DNA from: Lama glama
Lineage: Eukaryota
Assembly: GCA_028534125.1 (NCBI GenBank)
Contig: CM052816.1
Coordinates: 24,306,001-24,370,000 of the forward strand
Reading direction: 5' to 3'
DNA length: 64,000 nucleotides
The notes below the pieces were generated by a model. That model saw only the letters and a list, made by a program, of their open reading frames with translations. It had not been told where the DNA came from and did no database searches. Shown here one piece after another: positions 60,166-64,000 of the stretch. The position numbers were made by a program, and so were the translations under genes. The first letter of the stretch is position 1. The number at the start of each line of letters is the position of its first letter.

Positions 60166-63009
60166 CTGCATTGATTGCAATACTTTTTTTTTAATCGTAA
60201 AACCTGTGAAGTTGCCCAAAGTAGATCTGAAGAGGGGGAGGAGGAAAATGTTGGTGTTCGTACTCCCATTTCATTTAGTGCATGTCTTAACTCTGCATTC
60301 GCAATGACTCGGAGGATCATCAGGGTTTCTAGGAAACCCTGGACCTGTTTTGCATATCAATTAGCATTCCCATTGCTCTGTTGAATTTCTAGCTTGACAG
60401 GTAGATGTGGCCAAAAAAAAAAAAGCCTGTCCTAGGAGTCTAAGACCCCTTTGTCTGATGGTCAAGAAAAAGAGCCCCATGCAGTGCCTTCCCTCAACCA
60501 TGAGCTAATTCTGTCACAGGCTGAAATAGGCTTTTTCTGAGGGCTCCATGTCCTTCTTCTATCCATCGCCGTGGAAAGGATCTAGACTGCACCCTGCGCT
60601 TGTGTGTCCACTGGAGCCAGGGAACAGATGTGTCATCTAAGGAGAGCACTCTCTCGGGCCAGCACTCAGTCTCCCCTCCACCCACCCACCCACTCGCCCT
60701 GGAGAGAAGGCGGAGCCCAGCTTTGAGGAGTGCTCAAAATATGGATTTCTAAAACGTGACCCATATCGCGACTATCACTCCAGCGTCTGCCTTATGCTCC
60801 GGAAAGTGCAAAGGAACAGGCAGTGAGGAGGGTAATGATTTTTGTCTGCAGATTGATCAAGCCGATGCAGGTGTCGCCTTTGTCTGCCAAGCCCTCCATT
60901 CAGACTACTCCCCACGCTGCCTGGGGAGGGAAACAGCTGTACTGCTCTCCGCTGCAAAACTCAGATGTGCTTTATGGCTTGTGACAATAGATTTCCTCCC
61001 CACCACGCTTCACTTCGACACTTCAATTCCAGTAATATACACCTCAGCCCTTCTGTTTACTCGGCCCTGCTCACCCCTCTAGGCTGTCATTAGCTGCACG
61101 ACCATCAACCGTTTCTTAATTGACCTTTTTAAAATGCTGGACACCACTGGATGCACGCAGCTGTCACACATTAAATTTCCAGAGCCAAGAGTCCAACTTG
61201 GTAGCTTATGAATTGCAGCCCTGTAATATAGTTGATAAATGACGTCCACCCAGCCTTGGTCCCTGAGCTGTCAGGTTAACTGGTGACACCTCTCAACTGA
61301 ATGGCGCAAACATTCGTGAGAAGTCCATGCCCTTTCTCCTCCCTGCTTTTTCCCTGAATTAAGGAAGCAGCGGATTCCCAGGATCATTTCCTGTTGAGGT
61401 TGGCTGCAAAGAATTCCTGCTGTCTTGGTCCACGAGATAAGATATAATAAAGCAAAATATCAAAGGCAGACAGGTCCCTGGCAGCTTGCAGGGGCTCCTG
61501 CGCTGGGCAGGTTGGTGCCTGGGCCACGCCTATTTCCCCAATACATGCACCCTGGGAAATTAAGCAGAGTCTACATGCGAGCAGTAGGCTGCTTGCGGGG
61601 TGGTGGGCAGGTCACCCTGGCCAAGGGAGGCATCATCGCTGCCCTGCCCAGTCTCTCCTTCTGAGAGACTGATCTCCATCAGCACCAGGGCCCATCTAGG
61701 ATTCTGAAAGTTCTTGGAGGACACTTCATGCCCTCTTGGCTGTTGTTCAAGGCGGGAGAGTCCAGGGAACTGCAGCATAACACAAGGCACCAGCCAAGGG
61801 GGCAGAGGTAGCAGGGGCCTCGGCCCAGGCTCTGGCCCGTCTCCTAGCCCCGCTGCATCTGTCTGAAGGTGGGCGCGAAGGCCCTGCCCGGGTGACCGGA
61901 GACCCTGCTGGCCTTGTACTCTCTCTGCCTTCACTTCTTTTTGAAAGATCCAGAGTGAAAGAGGAAAAGGAAGGAGGAGGGGCAGGCAAAGGATCCTGCT
62001 GGTTCACTGCTTCCCTCCCGCCCCCTTACGCAGTCCTCTTTCCAGGCTTCTTGCCATATCCCATCCGGACCATTTCCCGTGAGAACATCAGATGGAGACA
62101 AACACATGCCACAGAGAAGCCAGCGGGGAAAGCAGCGACAGAAACAGGTCTGGGGCGCTCTCGCCTGCGCACGTGCATGTTTCTGCTCGTTCTCATCTAG
62201 GGAAGGACAGGAACATGGAGCATTCATACAAATTCTCCAGCTCCTCAGAGAACTGAGCAAAAGCCCAGGAGGGCTATACAACCCACCTAAGGGAAAATAA
62301 ATGGCATGACTTGAAAGTTCCAGGTCTTTGTCTTTCATGTCCAGGTCTCCCTCCCCGTGCCCCGCGTGTCCGGAATTGCCATGTGCAGATGGGCTGTACA
62401 GCCAGTCAGTTCACTGTCAGGGAAAGTAACTCACCTAGGAACACGGAGAAGCCAAAGGATAAACTGGAAGTGAAACAATGGCCTGGCTGCTTGCACCAGG
62501 GCCAGCAGCAGCTGGAAGCGCCCCTTCCTCCCCAGTCCTCTCTGTTTCCCTCTTGGCACCATCCTGGCTACCTGTACATCAGCTGCGGAGCTGGCAGCCT
62601 TAGTGCAGGATAAGAATTATAGGTCGTGATCCTGAAGCCTTAAGTGGGATGGGAAGTGGGCCAGCAGGCAGGGACAGGGTTCAGGATTATTTTAGGTCGA
62701 GAGATTGGGACCAGGATGGACCTGGCTGGACGCTGTCCCTCCCGCCAAGAATGTGAACGATCTCGCAAGCGGCCAGCCAGAGGCTTTGTGCCTCAAAGGC
62801 TGTAGTCATGAGAAACCAGCTCTAGATATGCACGGACAACTGCAGACCCTCTCCAAAATGGGTCAGCTTGGCAGAAATACATGGTCTGTTATGCCCCACC
62901 ATCCACCTTCCCTGACCTTACTAAAGTCTCAGTGTCTTAGATTTGGCCTTGGGAACTGCTGCCTTTCCCTGGCTTCCTGTTGGGACAGAGTGGGAGAGAA
63001 CCAGCTGTG

Positions 63010-63190
63010 AGTCAGGCTACCTTGGTTTGACTGGAGCCCCGCAGCGTCCCAGCTGCAGCTGTGCACTAGTGACCCCACCTATGTAAGCCTCAGTTTCTGC
63101 CTCTGTAAAATAGGGATAAGACCTACCTTGGACAGTCCTTGTAAGGTTGGTAAGGCTCAGCTCTCAGTAGGCAGTTCATGAATGAACGGT
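63010..63190 (+). mobile_element. MIR SINE
   Basis: aagcctcagtttctgcctctgtaaaatagggataagacctacct. Confidence 0.75.
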
Positions 63191-64000
63191 GCTGCCCTTT
63201 CCTCCCCTGTTGCTCACTGTTTCTAACGTCTGGGTGATTGCCTGAGTTTTGACAAACAGCTTTGATCAGTGATTTGAAGGACCATAAAGTTTTAAATTTC
63301 AAAATCTCTCTTCAAAAAGAAGAGGGATTAATTTTAAATAATCAACACATTTTTATTGAGCACACTGTGTTTGGGAGTAAAAAGAACTGTGAGAGATCTT
63401 TCTGGAGGTTGAAATTACTGACTTGATTGAGATTTTTGAATTACATGTGAATTTCAATTATTTTGCATTTCCTGATACTGGAGCCTAGGGCTAATTGAGA
63501 ATTCATCACAGATAAAAAATGTGCTAGTTCTGGATCTGGTGCTACTGAGGAAAACAAATATAGCCCCTCAGCTGTCTGTGTTCCCAGAAATGAGGGACTC
63601 GTGAGTCACTGGGCTCATATATCTAGTGCCTTCTTAGAGGCTCTGAATTCCGTGCACAAAGACAGCAGGAGATGGGCTCAGGGATCTCTGCTTTGTTCTG
63701 AGAAACTCTCCTTTCTGGACACACTTTTCACCTACTGGGGCCATAGTTACCCCATCAAGGAAATGAGTAAATGGACCTATCAGAGGTTTTTATCTTATTT
63801 GTGGGCACCAGGTACAAAGAACTGAGTTAATCATACATTTTAGTCCATGACACAATTTCTATCACCAGCAGCCCATACAGGTCCCTCTTGTTTTATTCCA
63901 CAAATGTGTGCACAGGACCAAGCATGTCCGTCCCTCAAGCCATGCACTATTCAGCACTTTGAAAATCACCCCCTTTTAATCCTTACAGCGACCTCATCCA

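Noticed and set aside
1..64000. Prokaryote-type systems (CRISPR arrays, operons, defence islands) or a second protein-coding gene
   Set aside because: The sequence is clearly mammalian, with no repeat-spacer array and no other exon chain I can support.

Overview
Mammalian genomic DNA, probably a camelid (alpaca, vicuna or camel), judged from tRNA-derived SINEs resembling the camelid Vic-1 family. The window holds the whole coding region of MARCHF3 (MARCH3), a membrane-associated RING-CH E3 ubiquitin ligase, on the + strand. There are four coding exons: 26450-26637, 29629-29833, 53007-53216 and 59247-59405. They total 762 nt, giving 253 aa with intact GT-AG splice sites. The 3'UTR runs to an AATAAA at 60138. 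The non-coding first exon and promoter are not recognisable and probably lie upstream, so 1-26393 is probably intron 1. The rest is intronic or intergenic DNA with MIR, L2, L1, LTR and DNA-transposon remnants, a 28S rRNA fragment, microsatellites and a 500-N gap inside a young L1. I found no convincing new gene or multi-gene system. The best leads are all hypotheses: (i) three upstream ATGs in all three frames in exon 2, one opening an 80-aa overlapping ORF; (ii) inverted L1 tails around exons 2-3 that could yield a circRNA encoding a soluble RING-only protein; (iii) a candidate UG-repeat-repressed poison exon in intron 2; (iv) two SINE-L1 chimeras; (v) a 28S fragment captured in a MIR without TSD or poly(A). 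Repeat family names come from recalled consensus sequences and their boundaries are approximate.
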